This document shows, one piece after another, positions 62,001 to 64,000 of a stretch of 64,000 nt of DNA; the first letter of the stretch is position 1, and every line of letters starts with the position of its first letter. Origin of the DNA: Mytilus californianus (taxonomy: Eukaryota); contig NW_026262637.1 in NCBI RefSeq assembly GCF_021869535.1, forward strand, positions 30,566,001-30,630,000, in the 5' to 3' direction. The notes under the pieces were generated by a model. That model saw only the letters and a program-made list of their open reading frames with translations. It was not told the origin of the DNA and made no database searches. Both the position numbers and the translations under genes were made by a program.

Positions 62001-64000
62001 CACGTAATAATACAACATCTTGAACATAGATTTGTTCAGAAATATTGATATCTGTGAATGGCTTGATTAAGAAAGATACATATGGAAAACTTGTAGAAAG
62101 TAAAAATTGCTTCATTTGAATGTTTATAAGAACAGTAAAAACATTTTTTTTTGTTGCAAAATTGAGTTTTGAAAGTTTGTTAGAAAGACCCTGATTGAAT
62201 AAAATATAACAAAGTATATAAATAGTAATCCCGATTGGGAAACATATTCGATTGTGCATTTGAGTATAGATGTTACAATTTTAAACTTTTATTTAATTTT
62301 TTAAGCAGAGTAAGAATAAGAAATCAAGAAACAGCAAAGTTTATAATCTTGGAAGTTCTAGTACGACTTCTAAGAAAAGTATTTGGAATGTCACGGTATT
62401 ATACTACACAATTCTCCAAAGTTTTTGTTACTAGTTTTCTTTGTTGTTGATTGCAAAGTTTTTGTGCAATGTGTTTTCTTTTATTTTTTCTCTGTTTCAT
62501 GCAAGGAAATAATTTTTATTTTCCCTGCCATCAAAGATTAATTGGACTGTTGTCCAAAAAAATAAAAGTATGTTTTTGGGACAGAAATGTACCATTTTTT
62601 ACTCCTATCTTGTTTAAGACAAAAACAATTATTTCCTTTCCAGTTATGAATATAATATTTTAAAATGCATGTTTGTTTCCTAATGCAAGTTTTTGTGTTG
62701 AGAATTATAGCATTCCCTTACTGTTTGTAATTTCAAATTGGATATTAAGACTACATTATCATTTATAGTACCTGTATAAGCCTGGGTAATCTATGAGTTA
62801 GACAGCTTTCAATTTTTCTAATGTTTGCATTAAATGGCAAACATTATAACGTTGATTTTAAATGAATAATCATGATGTATTGTCAGTAAGACCACAACAA
62901 AGGAGAGTTTTTATGTCAGTGTGAATCTTTGAATTCTTATAAAAACAAATAGTATTTCCAGTTCAAGTTTTCAAATTTAGCAGCATGCTGACATATTGAA
63001 CAAATGTCAAGTTTGTGGATATCCCTTACTTTTATACAGGATGAAGTAACTGGTTTATTATTGATTTCTTATAATACTATACAAATGTTAAACTATAAAA
63101 ATAAAATGAAATATAATCATAATGTGAAACTCTGTCAAATAATGTAATAAAAGTAAAAATTTTAATTTTAGAAATAGATTTTGAAAATTGTTCAAACAAT
63201 TGAATCTACATAAATAGTGAGTATAATGATGTATTCATTAAATTTTTCAGAGTTTGAATCCAAGTGTGATGCAGCATGGTCCATCCTATCTACCATCAGA
63301 AGGTATTATAGAAGACGTTATACTATATGAGGCTACAGCTATATCAAGTTCTGAGGGAGAAACTATTGCACTGAAAGATAAGGTTTGTATCTTGTTCTTG
63401 CAAGTCCCAAAGTTGGATTTCCAATGAAAAGCAGGGCAATCTTTCCCAGACCCATTTTGCTCCATTTCAGTTTTTTAAGTTCAATTTCTAGTTCACAATG
63501 CACCTTTAATCTGCAAAACAGTACAATAATTCGTTCTAAGTTGAAAGAAAATGCTTGAATAATTGAATTTCTATCATTAAGTTAACCTGTCAAAGTATGG
63601 TATATAAATTGAACAAAAATGTGGATTTGTGGAATAAGCTGTAATTTTGTGGCCCTCACCCTGCAAAAAGTTATGTAAAGAGCGATATCTTCAAAACAAC
63701 GAATAGAAAGATTTTTTTTTTGCATACTTTGATTTGATTTGATAATTACTTTTTTTGTGATATTAGTGGAAGAGTTGATATCAAATTTTAAGAGGGTGTT
63801 TTCAACATTGTTCCTGTTAACAGTAAGAAAATGGAAACAAAATATCTTTTTTTTTTTGTTTAATTGGCAGTTTGCCTCTATCCAGGAAGTCAATAACCTC
63901 CAATAATATATCCTTACTAATTTCAAATTAAAATTGTAATAATTATTTGAATTTTAGGTGAAATTAGCTGATGGTGTAGAAGTCTGGCTTCTGGGATTAA
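32072..64000 (+). CDS. Axonemal dynein heavy chain, DNAH5/DNAH8 (outer-arm gamma type)-like; tail and linker encoded here, motor domain beyond the window
   Basis: Phase-consistent GT-AG exons: 32072-32596, 33912-34063, 38283-38456, 38988-39369, 39663-39865, 42278-42475, 43355-43476, 44115-44333, 44822-44955, 45182-45274, 46233-46369, 47083-47203, 47546-47850, 48181-48440, 48836-48990, 49473-49598, 49770-49877, 51231-51345, 51721-52003, 52432-52544, 52913-53017, 53356-53824, 54128-54284, 54822-55148, 55504-55635, 57099-57208, 57926-58286, 58750-58842, 59279-59481, 59745-59952, 63251-63382, 63958->64000. Tail motifs: GPLSELERWRR, ITDAMNDTKDKVKYL, NAPPAAGAIHWSRQL. Linker motifs: GPMVPGIPPSEAVSRL, EIRNRHW, WLEVQDLWQYLEAVF, LPQEAKRF, KRRAFPRFYFVSD, GVEVWL. 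The exact ortholog cannot be assigned by eye. Confidence 0.93.
33319..33332 (+). promoter_or_regulatory. RFX X-box-like motif in dynein intron 1
   Basis: GTTACCATGACAAC closely matches the X-box consensus. It may lie within a repeat relic (33170-33350). Confidence 0.35.
33637..33777. repeat. 141-bp fold-back palindrome (probable non-autonomous transposon relic)
   Basis: Arms TAAATAACACATATCTGAGAGAGTGATAGAGCAGATTGTTACCCC...TGTCAAC and GTTGACA...GGGGAAACAATCTGCTCTATCACCCTCTCAGCTATGTGTTATTTA around a central GGCTTCGCC mini-hairpin. Confidence 0.85.
39895..42009 (-). mobile_element. 5'-truncated CR1/L2-group LINE with a 10-bp target-site duplication, in a dynein intron
   Basis: TSD CACGTTTGAT at 39885-39894 and 42010-42019; 3' end ...AATAAAATATGTTTAAACTAAAA; RT ORF inside. 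Confidence 0.9.
40251..41987 (-). CDS. LINE ORF2 remnant: uninterrupted reverse transcriptase domain and C-terminus (578 aa, no endonuclease)
   Basis: NYRPISLISCIGKVMER, QSGF, FCDFSKAFDKVWH, GVPQGSVLGPLLF, LFADD, KHLGV, C-terminal CRCG...HFFFKC. Confidence 0.9.
   Translation of the reverse strand: MQQCKYPSSWKISNVIALFKKGDSSLPSNYRPISLISCIGKVMERVIYKYVYNHLQRNKLIYEYQSGFLPKCSTVHQLLEIYNCILNSLEKKEISCFVFCDFSKAFDKVWHDGLLHKMKAYGINGNLLKWFRSYLSDRKQRVVIKQSSSKLCSISAGVPQGSVLGPLLFIIYINDIAESLISLCRLFADDTSFSCADRDALQIETVINHDLEKLNEWSKKWLMSFNPDKTEIMLFSNVEIPEMNFIFNDKNIPITNIHKHLGVTFSNDAKWNVHVDNIILSTSKHINMLRKLKYKLSRKNLEKLYLVFIRPLFEYASEVWDNIGVGYINKLEQLQLQAARIVTGLPIFTSSRVIYEELGWETLAERRERRKIQMFYNIQKNNVPEYLTNLIPPKIQSMTVYPLRNGNDIVIPFCRLALTNDSFIPSTIRLWNNLDDSTRDAESINKFKTELKKLYPQSNIFVQKQYEFGIRKLNIILTQLRCFASSLNYDLYRVNIISDPSCRCGVNREDSYHFFFKCILYSDIRNKMFESLRWLPKDCKINIELLTSGSCLLSLEQNQTIFKNVFEFIKSSERFLIV
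42432..42900 (+). repeat. Degenerate tandem repeat, about 70-75-bp unit x6-7, copied from a dynein exon end plus donor
   Basis: Unit AAACAGCTGATAGACGTCATCAATACCCTCTCTCAGTACAACAA|GTAAGTTA...ATTTGCATACAT. Confidence 0.85.
52981..53200 (+). repeat. Tandem repeat, 60-bp unit x3.5, copied from a dynein exon end plus donor
   Basis: AATCAAATGTTGACACAGCTCACACAT-type units start at 52981, 53041, 53101 and 53161. Confidence 0.9.
55319..55470. mobile_element. Probable MITE relic
   Basis: Left TGTAGCCATGGGG, right CCTGGCTACAGGCCTG; only the core TGTAGCCA of the inverted repeat survives. Confidence 0.35.

Noticed and set aside
60900-63200. Several 60-100-aa ORFs in the dynein intron
   Set aside because: F/L/I/K-rich translations typical of random AT-rich DNA; the dynein frame joins 59952 to 63251 without them.

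Overview
AT-rich eukaryotic genomic DNA with many GT-AG introns. The repeat families and gene content suggest a bivalve mollusc, probably Mytilus-like (inference from recall, not a database search). Right half (32072 to beyond 64000, +): the 5' part of an axonemal dynein heavy chain gene of DNAH5/DNAH8 type. I spliced about 32 coding exons by hand with consistent phases. It has lineage-specific insertions in the tail and linker, a young CR1-type LINE in one intron, and tandem repeats that copy splice donors. Left half: a small protein with an AK5-type dimerisation/docking domain (14678-15034, +); an ankyrin-repeat/SOCS-box gene (-); and a BTB-BACK gene whose C-terminal domain looks like a jacalin lectin (-), apparently head-to-head with the dynein gene. 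There is also a poorly resolved minus-strand multi-exon gene or pseudogene at the far left. Mobile DNA: a 5'-deleted BEL/Pao LTR element inside the tandem array of a Helentron-associated (HINE-like) element, further HINE-like copies, a TTAA-flanked Kolobok-like MITE, a tRNA-derived SINE, Penelope-like fragments, and a terminally redundant 735-bp insertion with a minimal hammerhead ribozyme (retrozyme-like). Best candidates for novelty: the BTB-BACK-jacalin ubiquitin-ligase adaptor, the retrozyme-like 1.35-mer, and recurrent splice-site-spanning tandem duplications. No CRISPR, rRNA, true tRNA or prokaryotic system is supported. All coordinates were counted by eye and may be off by a few bases.
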